From: Mycobacteriales bacterium
GTDB taxonomy: Bacteria > Actinomycetota > Actinomycetes > JAFAQI01
Direction: 5' to 3'
Length of the DNA stretch: 64,000 nucleotides
NCBI GenBank assembly: GCA_036267875.1
Contig: DATAVE010000113.1
Location: 48,881-112,880 of the forward strand
The number at the start of each line of letters is the position of its first letter. Positions within the stretch are counted from its first letter, which is position 1. The translations under genes and the position numbers were made by a program. Shown piece after piece: positions 27,723-37,740 of this stretch. The notes beneath the pieces are model-generated. The model saw nothing but the letters and a program-made list of their open reading frames with translations. It made no database searches and was not told where the DNA came from.

Positions 27723-28979
27723 TTAGTGACGGGGCGTGCGGGTCGGCAGCGGCAGGTCGCTGGCCGAGGCGGTCGGCGTCGGCGTGACAGTGGCGCCGGG
27801 TGAGGTGCTCGGCTTCGGCTTGGCGGACGGCTTACCGCTCGGCTTGGTTGACGGCTTCGGGGACGCGGTCTGCGGCGGTGACGGCGTCGCGACCGACTTC
27901 GCAACGTAGGGACCGGCGACAGTGACGAGGGTGCCGTAGTCGATCAGCCCATAGACGGTCTTGGCGGTGTCGATCGGCAGCTCGAGGCAACCGACGGATT
28001 GCGGGAAGCCGTACGACGCCCGAGGGAAGCCGTGTACGGCGGAGCCGCCCGAGAAGTAGTTGACCCATGGCACGCCGGGGTCCTTGTACTTCGAGCCGTC
28101 CGGGTTCGTGCCCTGCATCGTCGTTGCCGTGTAGCGCAGGTAGATCGGGTAGGTGCCGAGCGGTGTCGGTGCGCCCGCCACGCCGCCGTTGACCGGTGTC
28201 GTCAGGACGGTCTTGCCATCGACCCACACGCTGAGCGTCTGTGGCTCGTAGAGGTTTGCCGAGACGTAGCTGTAGTGGTCCGGGTCGAAGGTGTCCGCGA
28301 GGTCGGCGGCCTCGAGCTTCGCCCAGGTCGCCGGTCCGATCGCGCCGTCCTGCGTGAGGTGCGACTGGTGTTGGAACGCGATCACGGCGCCGCGCAGCAC
28401 GGTGTTGTCCTTGCCGGCCTGCCAGTCCTTCTTGATCGTGGCCGGCGTATCGCTGAACCGCCAGGTCAGACCACCCGGTGGCGGGTCGTAGACGGCGGCC
28501 GCCTCATCGACGGCGTCGGTGGGGGTCGGTGCCGTCGTCGTCAGTGGGAGGTACTGCAGCCGCGCCAGAATCTGGTCAGCGAACCGCAGCGAACCGGTCT
28601 CGGAGATCGCCGTGGCGATCGTCGCCGCCGGCCTTCCGCTGCGTCGTACCAGCTGCACCTTGAACTTCGTGCTCGGCGGGTACGCCTGCGATGGGGTGAA
28701 GGTCGCGGTGGTCCCGTTGCGAACCCAGCTGCCGGGCACAGCCGGCTTGATGGTGGGCAACGCCGAGTCGTTGGAAAGCGCATCGCGGAAGGTGACGACG
28801 ATCGGGGTCGTCCCAGTCAGCGTTGCCGGCAGGACGGAGACGACGTGCAGTGGTGCAGCAGACGAGCTGCCGCCGTCGCCTGCGCCGGGGGTGTTCCCTC
28901 CGCTGCCACCACTACAAGCGGCCAGCAGGCCTGCGGCCAAGGCGAGCGCGGTCAGCCGAAGGGCACGACTCCCGCGCAT
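27723..28979 (-). CDS. L,D-transpeptidase family lipoprotein
   Basis: Lipobox LLAACSG, YkuD catalytic motif HGFP...SVGCLELP (His/Cys), and a Pro/Ser/Thr/Lys-rich C-terminal tail. Confidence 0.85.
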   Translation of the reverse strand: MRGSRALRLTALALAAGLLAACSGGSGGNTPGAGDGGSSSAAPLHVVSVLPATLTGTTPIVVTFRDALSNDSALPTIKPAVPGSWVRNGTTATFTPSQAYPPSTKFKVQLVRRSGRPAATIATAISETGSLRFADQILARLQYLPLTTTAPTPTDAVDEAAAVYDPPPGGLTWRFSDTPATIKKDWQAGKDNTVLRGAVIAFQHQSHLTQDGAIGPATWAKLEAADLADTFDPDHYSYVSANLYEPQTLSVWVDGKTVLTTPVNGGVAGAPTPLGTYPIYLRYTATTMQGTNPDGSKYKDPGVPWVNYFSGGSAVHGFPRASYGFPQSVGCLELPIDTAKTVYGLIDYGTLVTVAGPYVAKSVATPSPPQTASPKPSTKPSGKPSAKPKPSTSPGATVTPTPTASASDLPLPTRTPRH

Positions 28980-29030
28980 TGCCGCCTCTCGAAAATCACC
29001 GACCCCGCTGTTTCCACTGTATGTGAGCCG

Positions 29031-30122
29031 TTACATCACCACTACCGAGCGCAACACCGTTCCTTCGTGCATCTTCGCGAAGGCGGCCTCCACGTCAGCA
29101 ATGCCGATCCGCTCGGACACAAATCGGTCGAGCGGCAGTCGTCCACCGAGGTAGGCATCGATCAGCAACGGGAAGTCGCGGGAGGGCAGGCAGTCGCCGT
29201 ACCACGATGACTTGAGCGAGCCCCCCCGGCCGAAGACGTCGATCAGCGGCAGCTCGATAGTCATGTCCGGGGTTGGTACGCCAACCAGTACGACGCGGCC
29301 CGCCAGGTCCCGGGCGTAGAACGCGGCCTTGTAGGTGTCGGGTCGGCCGACGGCTTCGATCACCACGTCGGTGCCCAGCCCACCGGTGAGGTCTTGGATC
29401 GCCTTGACGACGTCGATGCCGCGCGAGTTGATCGTGTGCGTCGCACCGAACGTCTTGGCCCACTCGAGCTTGCGGTCGTCCACGTCGACCGCGATGACCA
29501 CGCGAGCACCGGCGATGCTGGCGCCGAGAATCGCGGCATCGCCGACCCCGCCGCAACCGATGACCGCGACGGTCTCGCCGCGCCGCACCGCCGCGGTGTT
29601 CAGGGCCGCGCCCAATCCGGCCATCACGCCGCAGCCCAGCAAACCTGCCACCGCTGGATCGGCGGCGGCATCGACCTTCGTGCACTGCCCGGCCGCGACG
29701 AGCGTGCGCTCGGCGAATGCCCCGATGCCGAGCGCGGGCGAGAGCGGCGTGCCGTCCTCCAGCGTCATCCGCTGGGTCGCGTTGTGGGTGGAGAAGCAGT
29801 ACCAGGGCTCGCCGCGTGAGCAGGCGCGGCAGTGGCCGCAGACAGCGCGCCAGTTGAGGATCACGAAGTCGCCAGGTACGACGTCGGTGACGTCGGGCCC
29901 CACGGCCGCGACGATCCCCGCTGCCTCGTGCCCGAGCAGGAACGGGAACTCGTCGTTGATGCCGCCCTCGCGGTAGTGCAGGTCGGTGTGGCAGACGCCG
30001 CATGCCTGAACATCGACGAGTACCTCGCCCGGCCCCGGGTCCGGAACGAGGATCGTCGCCAGCTCTACCGGTGCGCCCTTGCTGGGGGCGATCACGCCCC
30101 GTACCTCGCTGGCCATCGCCAT
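29031..30122 (-). CDS. Class III Zn-dependent alcohol dehydrogenase (S-(hydroxymethyl)mycothiol dehydrogenase-like)
   Basis: CGVCHTD catalytic zinc motif, a CGHCRAC structural zinc site, and GCGGVG cofactor-binding motif. 363 aa. Confidence 0.85.
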   Translation of the reverse strand: MAMASEVRGVIAPSKGAPVELATILVPDPGPGEVLVDVQACGVCHTDLHYREGGINDEFPFLLGHEAAGIVAAVGPDVTDVVPGDFVILNWRAVCGHCRACSRGEPWYCFSTHNATQRMTLEDGTPLSPALGIGAFAERTLVAAGQCTKVDAAADPAVAGLLGCGVMAGLGAALNTAAVRRGETVAVIGCGGVGDAAILGASIAGARVVIAVDVDDRKLEWAKTFGATHTINSRGIDVVKAIQDLTGGLGTDVVIEAVGRPDTYKAAFYARDLAGRVVLVGVPTPDMTIELPLIDVFGRGGSLKSSWYGDCLPSRDFPLLIDAYLGGRLPLDRFVSERIGIADVEAAFAKMHEGTVLRSVVVM

Positions 30123-30192
30123 CTCCTATGAGCCGTTGGTGCCCGGCGTTTGTCCGCAGGGATCGTCTGTCGTCGTCACGTTACGATCAAGC

Positions 30193-32670
30193 GTGAACGA
30201 GGAGACCGACGAGGTCGGCTACGACCCGCTTGGCGTGGTCGACAAGTGGCTGCCCGTCTGGGGCGAGCTGAAGGTCTTCGAGCCGGTCGATGATGGCCGT
30301 CCGCGGACCTACGTCGTCGACATGTTCCCGTACCCCAGCGGCGACCTGCACATGGGTCACGCGGAGGCGTTCAGCATCGGCGACGCCGTTGCGCGCTTCG
30401 CTCGGGCGCGCGGCAATGACGTGCTGCACCCGATCGGTTGGGACTCCTTCGGGCTGCCGGCCGAGAACGCCGCGCTGTCGCGAAACATGGACCCGCGGGA
30501 GTGGACCTACGCCAACATCGAGGTGCAGGCCGAGTCGTTCAAGCGGATCGGGATGTCCTTCGACTGGCGCACCCGGCTGCATACGTCGGATCCCGAGTAC
30601 TACCGCTGGACGCAGTGGCTGTTCCTGCGCTTCTACGAGAAGGGTCTGGCCTACCGCAAGTCCGCGCCCGTCAACTGGTGTCCCAAGGACCAGACGGTGC
30701 TGGCCAACGAGCAGGTCATCGGTGGCAAGTGCGAGCGCTGTGGCACCGAGGTCACGAAGAAGAACCTGACGCAGTGGTTCTTCAAGATCACCGACTACGC
30801 CGAGCGGCTGCTCGACGACATGGCCGGGCTCGAGGGCGTCTGGCCGAGCCCGGTCCTGACGATGCAGCGCAACTGGATCGGCCGTTCGACCGGTGCCTAC
30901 GTCGACTTCGAGGTGGTCGGCCGCGACGAGCCGGTGCGGGTGTTCACGACCCGTCCCGACACGTTGTACGGCGCGACCTTCTTCGTGGTGGCCGCCGACT
31001 CCGCGCTGGCCGATGAGCTGTGTGCGGACTCCCAGCGCGCGGGTTTCGCGGCGTACCTCGACGAGGTCCGGATGGCCACCGACATCGAGCGGCTGGCCGA
31101 GGCTCGTCCGAAGACCGGCGTGCCGCTGGGTCGGACTGCGATCAACCCGGTCAACGGCGAGGAGATCCCGATCTGGGCCGCCGACTACGTGCTGGCCGAC
31201 TACGGGACGGGCGCGATCATGGCTGTCCCCGCGCACGACCAGCGTGACCTCGACTTCGCACGTACGCACGGCTTGCCGGTGCGCGTCGTTGTCGAGACCG
31301 ACGGCTCCGATCCCGCGACCACAGGGGTTGCCACCGGCGGTGACGGCCGGGTCGTCAACAGCGGTAAGTACGACAGCCTCAGCAAGGCGGAGGCGATCGC
31401 CGCGATCTCGGCGGACCTGGCGGCGGCCGGTGCTGGCGAGCAGGCCATCACGTACCGGCTGCGCGACTGGCTGCTTTCCCGTCAGCGCTACTGGGGCTGC
31501 CCGATCCCGATCGTGCACTGCCCGTCGTGTGGGGAGGTGCCCGTACCCGACGAGTCGCTCCCGGTCGAGCTGCCGACGTCGGGGTACGAGCTGCGTCCTG
31601 AGGGCGGCAAGTCTCCGTTGGAGTCGGCCACCGAGTGGGTATCGGTCAGCTGTCCGAAGTGCGGCGGAGCCGCCCGCCGTGACACCGACACGATGGACAC
31701 CTTCGTCGACTCGTCCTGGTACTACCTGCGTTACCCGTCATCGAAGAGCACTGACGTCGCCTTCGACCCCGAGGCGACGAAGAAGTGGCTGGCGGTCGAC
31801 GAGTACATCGGCGGTGTCGAGCACGCGATCCTGCACCTGCTCTACTCGCGCTTCTTCACCAAGGCCCTGCACGACATGGGCCTGCTGACCTTCACCGAGC
31901 CGTTCACCCGGCTGACCAATCAGGGTCAGGTCGTCATGGACGGCTCGGCGATGTCGAAGTCCAAGGGCAATCTGGTCAACCTGCAGGCGGAGCTGGCGAA
32001 GTACGGCCCGGACGCCGTCCGCGTGACGATGCTGTTCGCTGGTCCGCCTGAGGACGATGTCGACTGGGCGGATGTCTCACCGACCGGCGCGGTCAAGTGG
32101 CTGGCACGCGTGTGGCGGCTCTGCAACGACGTCAGCGAGTGCGGGCTGGGCGCCGAGCCGACCACGGGCGATGCGACGCTGCGTGCGTCGGTGCACCGGC
32201 TGATCGCGGATGCGACGACGCAGACCGAGACCAAGCGGTTCAACGTCACCATCGCTCGGCTGATGGAGCTGACCTCACTGCTGCGCAAGGCAGTCGACGC
32301 CGGTGGGCTCGACGCCGAACCCACTCTGGCTGCGATCCGTGAAGGTGCCGAGGCGCTCGCTTCGATGCTGTCGATCTTTGCGCCGTTCACCGCCGAAGAG
32401 GTCTGGTCGCTGCTCGGCCGAGAGGCCTCGGTGGTCTTCGCCGGCTGGCCGTCGTACGACGAGGCGCTTCTGATCGAGGACACGGTGACCTGTGTCGTCC
32501 AGGTCGCGGGCAAGCTGCGCGATCGGCTGGAGGTCGCAGTCGACATCAGCGAGGACCAGCTGCGCGAGCTCGCACTGGCAAGCGAAGGTGTCGTGCGCGC
32601 CCTCGAAGGCCGTGTGGTGCGCACGGTGATCGTCCGCGCGCCGAAGCTCGTCAACATCGTCCCCACGTAG
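30193..32670 (+). CDS. leuS: Leucine--tRNA ligase
   Basis: HMGH (HIGH) motif at [13 protein letters not shown] and KMSKS as [11 protein letters not shown] start at 30193; the track ORF from 30079 overlaps the upstream ADH. Confidence 0.95.
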   Translation: MNEETDEVGYDPLGVVDKWLPVWGELKVFEPVDDGRPRTYVVDMFPYPSGDLHMGHAEAFSIGDAVARFARARGNDVLHPIGWDSFGLPAENAALSRNMDPREWTYANIEVQAESFKRIGMSFDWRTRLHTSDPEYYRWTQWLFLRFYEKGLAYRKSAPVNWCPKDQTVLANEQVIGGKCERCGTEVTKKNLTQWFFKITDYAERLLDDMAGLEGVWPSPVLTMQRNWIGRSTGAYVDFEVVGRDEPVRVFTTRPDTLYGATFFVVAADSALADELCADSQRAGFAAYLDEVRMATDIERLAEARPKTGVPLGRTAINPVNGEEIPIWAADYVLADYGTGAIMAVPAHDQRDLDFARTHGLPVRVVVETDGSDPATTGVATGGDGRVVNSGKYDSLSKAEAIAAISADLAAAGAGEQAITYRLRDWLLSRQRYWGCPIPIVHCPSCGEVPVPDESLPVELPTSGYELRPEGGKSPLESATEWVSVSCPKCGGAARRDTDTMDTFVDSSWYYLRYPSSKSTDVAFDPEATKKWLAVDEYIGGVEHAILHLLYSRFFTKALHDMGLLTFTEPFTRLTNQGQVVMDGSAMSKSKGNLVNLQAELAKYGPDAVRVTMLFAGPPEDDVDWADVSPTGAVKWLARVWRLCNDVSECGLGAEPTTGDATLRASVHRLIADATTQTETKRFNVTIARLMELTSLLRKAVDAGGLDAEPTLAAIREGAEALASMLSIFAPFTAEEVWSLLGREASVVFAGWPSYDEALLIEDTVTCVVQVAGKLRDRLEVAVDISEDQLRELALASEGVVRALEGRVVRTVIVRAPKLVNIVPT

Positions 32671-32677
32671 TAACGAC

Positions 32678-32718
32678 ACCAGCCTGGCGTCCACATCGGA
32701 TGACCGGCTGGTTTGTCT
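32678..32718 (+). terminator. Candidate leuS terminator hairpin (ACCAGCC...GGCTGGT) followed by TTTGTCT
   Basis: 7-bp stem with a long 21-nt loop and a T-rich tract, 8 nt after the leuS stop. Confidence 0.3.
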
Positions 32719-32773
32719 CCACACCGAGCGCCCGGAACCGCTGTCGTTGGGCGCGGGTTCCTAGCGTCGCTGA

Positions 32774-33607
32774 GTGCCCGCCCACGCTGAGGAGAGCGCG
32801 CCTGGCGCGGTCGACCGGCTGACGGCGATGGGCCTTGTGCCCCGTCCGACCGGCTGGGTGCCTGACCAGCCGCCTGAGGTGCGTACGCCGATCGCGGCTC
32901 GCGACGCCGAAGCCGCCCCGGCGAGTTCCGTCAGTGCCGTCCCGCGGCGGCTGCCCTCGCGGCTCGATCTTGCCCGGCTCTCCGCAGCCGACAGACTGCC
33001 GGCCGGCCTCCGCGATCGGCTCCGCGGGATGCCGTCATCGACCCTCGCTGCTGGGCTCGCCGCGGTGCTCGCCGTCGCGATCTCGATCGGTTTGGTCGTC
33101 CATGACCGCAGGCAGCCGACGTCGTACTCCGACACCTACTCCGCGCCGACTGCCGACCCCGCCGCGCCCTCGGCCGCGACCGATGGGTCGGTCAGCGACG
33201 GCAGCTCGATCGTGGTCGACGTCGGCGGGGACGTGCGCCACCCCGGGCTCGTGACCTTGCCGGTCGGTGCCCGCGTCGACGATGCGATTCGCGCCGCGGG
33301 CGGCCCGCTTCGTCCGCGGGAGCTAGCGCGGACGAACCTTGCCGCGCGGGTCACCGACGGCGAGCTGCTCGTGATCGGCCGAAAGGCCGGCCACGCGGGC
33401 GCGGGCAGCTCAGGCGGCTTGGTCTCGCTCAGTTCATCGTCGCTGACGAAGCTCGAGACGCTGCCAGGCGTCGGACCAGTGACGGCGCAGAAGATCGTCG
33501 ACTGGCGAAACGCGCATGGTGGGTTCGCCAGCATCGAGCAGCTGCAGCAGGTCCCTGGCATCGGCCCGACCCGATATGCGGAGCTGTCACCGCTCGTCGC
33601 TCCGTGA
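32774..33607 (+). CDS. comEA: ComEA family DNA-binding protein (helix-hairpin-helix)
   Basis: TM anchor and a C-terminal HhH motif (LETLPGVGPVTAQKIVDWRNAHGGFASIEQLQQVPGIGPTRY). Confidence 0.85.
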   Translation: MPAHAEESAPGAVDRLTAMGLVPRPTGWVPDQPPEVRTPIAARDAEAAPASSVSAVPRRLPSRLDLARLSAADRLPAGLRDRLRGMPSSTLAAGLAAVLAVAISIGLVVHDRRQPTSYSDTYSAPTADPAAPSAATDGSVSDGSSIVVDVGGDVRHPGLVTLPVGARVDDAIRAAGGPLRPRELARTNLAARVTDGELLVIGRKAGHAGAGSSGGLVSLSSSSLTKLETLPGVGPVTAQKIVDWRNAHGGFASIEQLQQVPGIGPTRYAELSPLVAP

Positions 33608-35043
33608 CGCCGATGCTGATTGCTGCGGCGGCCGGCTGGGCCACTGCGGCGATCGCCACCCTGCTGGCGGTGCCCGTTGTCGCCGGCGCTGCGATCGTCG
33701 GTGGCCTGCTGGCGGTCGTCGTACGTCGGCGTGCGGTCGTCGTCGCGATCGGGATCGGGATGTTCCTCGCGGCGGCCTCGACTGCCATCCATCTCCATCA
33801 GCTCCACACCGGGCCGGTCGCCTCGCTGGCCGCGCGTCATGCGGAGGTCGAGGTTGTCGCTCGCCTGGTACGCGATCCAGAGCCCGTGGTGTCGGGAAGT
33901 GGGACGCCGTTCACACTCGTGGATGCCACCGTTGTCGAGGTGCTCGGCGGGCGACCGCAGCACACCTCGGCGCCGGTTCTACTGCTGTCGTTCGGCGGCG
34001 GTTGGCAAGGTCTGCTGCCCGGTCAGCGAGTGGACGTCTCGGGTCGACTCGAACCACCCCGTCCGCACGACGATGTCGCCGCGGTGATCGACGTTCGCGG
34101 TACGCCGCGGCCGATCGGCCGGCCGGTCTGGTGGCAGCGAGCGGCCGGACACGCCCGCGCGGCGCTGCTCGCGGCATGTGCCGGCCTGCCGGCCGACTCG
34201 CGCGGCTTGCTGCCGGGCCTCGTCGATGGCGACACCTCGCGAGTGCCTGCGGCGCTGCAGACAGACATGCGCGCGACGGGTCTTACCCACCTCGAGGCGG
34301 TCTCGGGGGAGAACCTCACAATCGTGCTCGGCGTTGTCATGGCGCTCGCGCGCGGCGCCGGACTGCGGCGTCGGAGCCGAGTCGTCGTGGCGGCCGTCGC
34401 GGTCGTTGCCTTCGTGTGGCTCGCCCGACCGTCGCCAAGCGTGCTGCGCGCGGCGGTCATGAGTGCCGTGGCGCTGCTGGCGATGTATGCGGGGCGCCGT
34501 ACCTCGGCGCTGCCGACGCTCTCGCTCGCGGTCCTGATCCTCGTGGTGATCGACCCGTTCCTCGCCCGATCGGTCGGCTTCGTGTTGTCGGTCGTCGCGA
34601 CCGCGGCGATCGTGGTGATCGCCCCGGGCTGGACCCGCCGGCTCGAGCGCAGGTTCCCGAAGCCGATCGCCATTGCGATCGCCGTGCCGGCGGCGGCGCA
34701 GCTCGCCTGCACACCGGTATTGGTTCTCGCGTTCGCCCAGCTGACGCCGTACGCGGTCCCGGCGAACCTCGTGGCGGGGCCCGCGGTCGCTCCCGCCACG
34801 GTTCTTGGTCTGATCGGCGCGGTATTGGCGTCGGCGTCGGTTGGGCTTGCCGAACCGCTCGTTTGGGTCGGCGCGCTCCCGACGGCGTGCATCGCCTGGA
34901 CAGCGCATGGCTTCGCTGCCTTTCCGGGTGCGGCGATTACCTTGTCTCGGTCTGTGGCGATTGTGACGGCGGTCGCAGCCACCGGGTTGCTGTGGCGAAT
35001 CGTGAAGCGACGGGCTGCGTCAGAAACCCGTGAGATTCTGTAG
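33604..35043 (+). CDS. comEC: ComEC/Rec2 family competence protein (membrane competence domain only, no metallo-beta-lactamase domain)
   Basis: Polytopic membrane protein with ComEC core features (an OB-fold-like N-terminus and a DGDTSRVP-containing region). ATGA overlap with comEA. 479 aa. Confidence 0.8.
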   Translation: MTPMLIAAAAGWATAAIATLLAVPVVAGAAIVGGLLAVVVRRRAVVVAIGIGMFLAAASTAIHLHQLHTGPVASLAARHAEVEVVARLVRDPEPVVSGSGTPFTLVDATVVEVLGGRPQHTSAPVLLLSFGGGWQGLLPGQRVDVSGRLEPPRPHDDVAAVIDVRGTPRPIGRPVWWQRAAGHARAALLAACAGLPADSRGLLPGLVDGDTSRVPAALQTDMRATGLTHLEAVSGENLTIVLGVVMALARGAGLRRRSRVVVAAVAVVAFVWLARPSPSVLRAAVMSAVALLAMYAGRRTSALPTLSLAVLILVVIDPFLARSVGFVLSVVATAAIVVIAPGWTRRLERRFPKPIAIAIAVPAAAQLACTPVLVLAFAQLTPYAVPANLVAGPAVAPATVLGLIGAVLASASVGLAEPLVWVGALPTACIAWTAHGFAAFPGAAITLSRSVAIVTAVAATGLLWRIVKRRAASETREIL

Positions 35044-35045
35044 GG

Positions 35046-35990
35046 GTGCCCAGCGCAACCATTGCCGTCGGTGACGACGGACTGCTCGCCGACCGCGTGG
35101 TCGCGCGGGCAGTGGCTGGTGCCGAGGTCGGCGCGAGCGTCCACGACACCGTGGCTGCAGAGTTGACGGCCGACCTGCTCGCCGAGATCGCCTCGCCTTC
35201 GTTGTTCGCAGAACCACGCGTCTTGGTGATCCGTGGGTTGCAGGACCTGGCCAAGGACGTCGTCGATCCGCTGGTGGCGACCCTCGAGGACGACTCCGTC
35301 GACCTCACGGTGGTGGCACATCACGCTGGCGGGGTTAAGGGCAAGGCGATCCTCGAGGCTCTCAAGGGAGTCGGTGCAACGACAGTCGCGATCCCGAAGA
35401 TCACCTCGGTGCGTGACCGGGAGCAGTTCGCGGTCGACGAGGTCAAGGCGGCAGGTGGTCGGATCGACCGGGATGCCGCGATCGAGCTGGTTGCGGCAAT
35501 CGGCAACGATTTGCGTGAGATCGCGACGGCCTGCGGGCAGCTGGTAGCCGATGTCGGACCCTCGATCTCGCTCAATGAGGTGGCGATCTATCACCGTGGT
35601 CGTGCCGAGTCGAGCGGCTTCGCCGTCGCTGATCGCGCGGTCGAAGGCAACACCGCAGCAGCGATCGAGACGCTTCGCTGGGCCTACGCGACCGGGCTCG
35701 ATCCCATATTGGTCAGTAGCTCGCTTGCAGCGAATCTTCGGTTGATCGCCCAGGTGGGTGCAGCAGGAGGTGGCTCGCCTGACGCGGTCGCCGGGCGGTT
35801 GGGAATGCCTGCGTGGAAGGTCCGCCGAGCTCAGGACTGGCTGCGGCGTTGGCGGCCGGACGCGCTGGCTCGCGCCGTGCGAGCAGTCGCTGTCGCTGAT
35901 GCGGACCTCAAGGGTGCCGCCGACGACGCGGCGTACGCCGTCGAACGCGCCGTACTCGCTGTCGCCGCCGCTGCGAACTCCCCGGCATGA
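35046..35990 (+). CDS. holA: DNA polymerase III subunit delta
   Basis: 314 aa at the conserved comEC-holA position, with a delta-subunit-like C-terminal helical domain. GTG start. Confidence 0.8.
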   Translation: MPSATIAVGDDGLLADRVVARAVAGAEVGASVHDTVAAELTADLLAEIASPSLFAEPRVLVIRGLQDLAKDVVDPLVATLEDDSVDLTVVAHHAGGVKGKAILEALKGVGATTVAIPKITSVRDREQFAVDEVKAAGGRIDRDAAIELVAAIGNDLREIATACGQLVADVGPSISLNEVAIYHRGRAESSGFAVADRAVEGNTAAAIETLRWAYATGLDPILVSSSLAANLRLIAQVGAAGGGSPDAVAGRLGMPAWKVRRAQDWLRRWRPDALARAVRAVAVADADLKGAADDAAYAVERAVLAVAAAANSPA

Positions 35991-37375
35991 CCAACCAGCC
36001 GCTCGATGAGCCGGCGCACGAGGTCGACGCTCATCCGCCGTTCCGGATGCGCTCGCGTAGTCGGTTGCTGCTCCCGGACATTGCGCCGCCGACCCGAGCC
36101 GAGCTGCGTTGGGCGGCCGAACGACGGCGGATACAGCGCGCCGAACGCGACGCTGCCCGCCAGGCCGTACGCGAAGCGAAGCAGCTGGCAAGTGCACGCG
36201 TCGCCGAAGTCGTCGAGGCTCCCGTCGAAGCGCCACCGGTTGCGGTCGACGAGCCGGTCACGCAACTCGTCGCGGCGCCGGACGAAGACTGGCTGATCTT
36301 TCCCGAGGTGGCCGGCTCGGTGGCGCCGGTCGATCCGGATCCGGATCCGCAACCAGAGCCGGAGCCCGAGTGGGAGCCGGACCCCGAGCCGGAGGCGGAG
36401 CCCGAGCCGGAGCCGGAGGCGGAGGCGGACCCGGAGCCGGAGGCGCTCGCGGCGTTCAAGCCGCTGGCGCTCGACCCGGTCGACGACGTCAAGCCGGCAA
36501 CCTTCGCGCGGCTGCGTTCACCGCGAGTCGCGGTGCGACGCCCGGATTGGCTCGACCGAGGTCCGCTATTCGACGATGCCGACGACATCGAGCTGCCCGA
36601 GCTCGAGCCCAGCCTCGATCTGGACTTCCACCCGGATACGTCTGAATCGCCGGCGTGGGCCAGCCCCGAGCGAGCTGGCGCCGAGCTCGCGCCATGGCGA
36701 CCGTCCGAGTCGGACGACGTCGACAACGACGACTGGCTCGATGAGGAAGACGAGCCGCCGGTCGTCTCGCAGTTGCTGGTCGTGCGCGATCCGCGCGGCG
36801 CCGGCCCGTCGCGGATCGCGGTGCTGGATGACGCATCGACTACCGGGCTGACAGACACCGTTGCGCTGCCGAGGCAGCCGTTTGTCGCGCCGGATGACCA
36901 TTTGCCTGAGCTCGACGACTACTTCGTCGATCACCAAGAGCGTGACGTCGATCTCGATCTCGATGTCGACGGCGAGCCCGGGTCTGATTGGCCGGATCTG
37001 GACCTACCGGTCCGGGTAGCCCGGGAGTCCATTCATCCGACGCTGGCGCCTGACATCGAGGAGCGCTACGAGTACGAGCCGGCGCCCGACGTACCGAAGG
37101 TCTGGGATGGCCGGCCGGCACCGATGTTCTGGCGGGTGCTGCGCCTTCGCCATATCCGGCCGAACGGCTGGCTGCGCGCGCTGTTCTTCGAAGGATCGGT
37201 CGCCCTCGCGGTGGTGCTCGTCCTCGCCGGCGCGGCCAGTGTCTGGACGATCGTGGTGCTGCCGATGGTCGTCGCGCTCATCGTGAAGGCGAACGACGTG
37301 CTGGTCGGGAGCCTGCGGCGAAGCTTTGCGGCGCCGGAAGCTGTCGCGTACGAACGCGAAGAAGAGCTGGTTTGA
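35987..37375 (+). CDS. Highly acidic, low-complexity membrane-anchored hypothetical protein
   Basis: 462 aa, very D/E/P-rich, with a (PE)n repeat block and a C-terminal hydrophobic anchor (SVALAVVLVLAGAASVWTIVVLPMVVALIV). ATGA overlap with holA. Confidence 0.6.
   Translation: MTNQPLDEPAHEVDAHPPFRMRSRSRLLLPDIAPPTRAELRWAAERRRIQRAERDAARQAVREAKQLASARVAEVVEAPVEAPPVAVDEPVTQLVAAPDEDWLIFPEVAGSVAPVDPDPDPQPEPEPEWEPDPEPEAEPEPEPEAEADPEPEALAAFKPLALDPVDDVKPATFARLRSPRVAVRRPDWLDRGPLFDDADDIELPELEPSLDLDFHPDTSESPAWASPERAGAELAPWRPSESDDVDNDDWLDEEDEPPVVSQLLVVRDPRGAGPSRIAVLDDASTTGLTDTVALPRQPFVAPDDHLPELDDYFVDHQERDVDLDLDVDGEPGSDWPDLDLPVRVARESIHPTLAPDIEERYEYEPAPDVPKVWDGRPAPMFWRVLRLRHIRPNGWLRALFFEGSVALAVVLVLAGAASVWTIVVLPMVVALIVKANDVLVGSLRRSFAAPEAVAYEREEELV
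36329..36442 (+). repeat. In-frame tandem GAGCCG/GAGCCC-type repeat encoding the (PE)n/(PEA)n tract
   Basis: The DNA shows reiterated ccggagccggag / gagcccgag units that encode DPDPDPQPEPEPEWEPDPEPEAEPEPEPEAEADPEPE. Confidence 0.8.
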
Positions 37376-37389
37376 GCGCCTAGCTCTTC
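37361..37389. terminator. Convergent hairpin GAAGAGCT-N13-AGCTCTTC spanning the stops of the acidic ORF and rpsT
   Basis: Perfect 8-bp inverted repeat. Only 4 nt separate the two convergent stop codons. Confidence 0.35.
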
Positions 37390-37643
37390 TTGTTGGCCTG
37401 AACGGCCATCGCGGACTTGCGGTTGGCCGCCTGGTTGGCGTGGATGACGCCCTTGCTCACGGCCTTGTCGAGCAGGCGAGAGGCGCTGCGCAGTTCCGTG
37501 GTGGTCTTCTCCGCGTCGCCCGCCTCGGCAGCGGCACGGAAGCGGCGTACGGCGGTCTTCAGCTCCGACTTCACGGCCTTGTTGCGCAGCCGGGCAACCT
37601 CGTTCTGCTTGTTGCGCTTGATCTGGCTCTTGATGTTGGCCAC
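37380..37643 (-). CDS. rpsT: 30S ribosomal protein S20
   Basis: [30 protein letters not shown]..., a classic S20 sequence of 87 aa. Confidence 0.97.
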   Translation of the reverse strand: MANIKSQIKRNKQNEVARLRNKAVKSELKTAVRRFRAAAEAGDAEKTTTELRSASRLLDKAVSKGVIHANQAANRKSAMAVQANKKS

Positions 37644-37740
37644 GCGGGAACTACCTCGATCGACGTCGGATTTGAGACTGCGGAAACTGCCCGGTAGAGA
37701 TTAGCAGCGCAGCCACGCCCAGACGAATGTTCGCTCCGCC

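Noticed and set aside
30187-31518. 443-aa minus ORF
   Set aside because: Antisense to leuS.
34023-36236. 737-aa minus ORF
   Set aside because: Antisense to comEC/holA. Low-complexity Ala/Arg/Thr composition.
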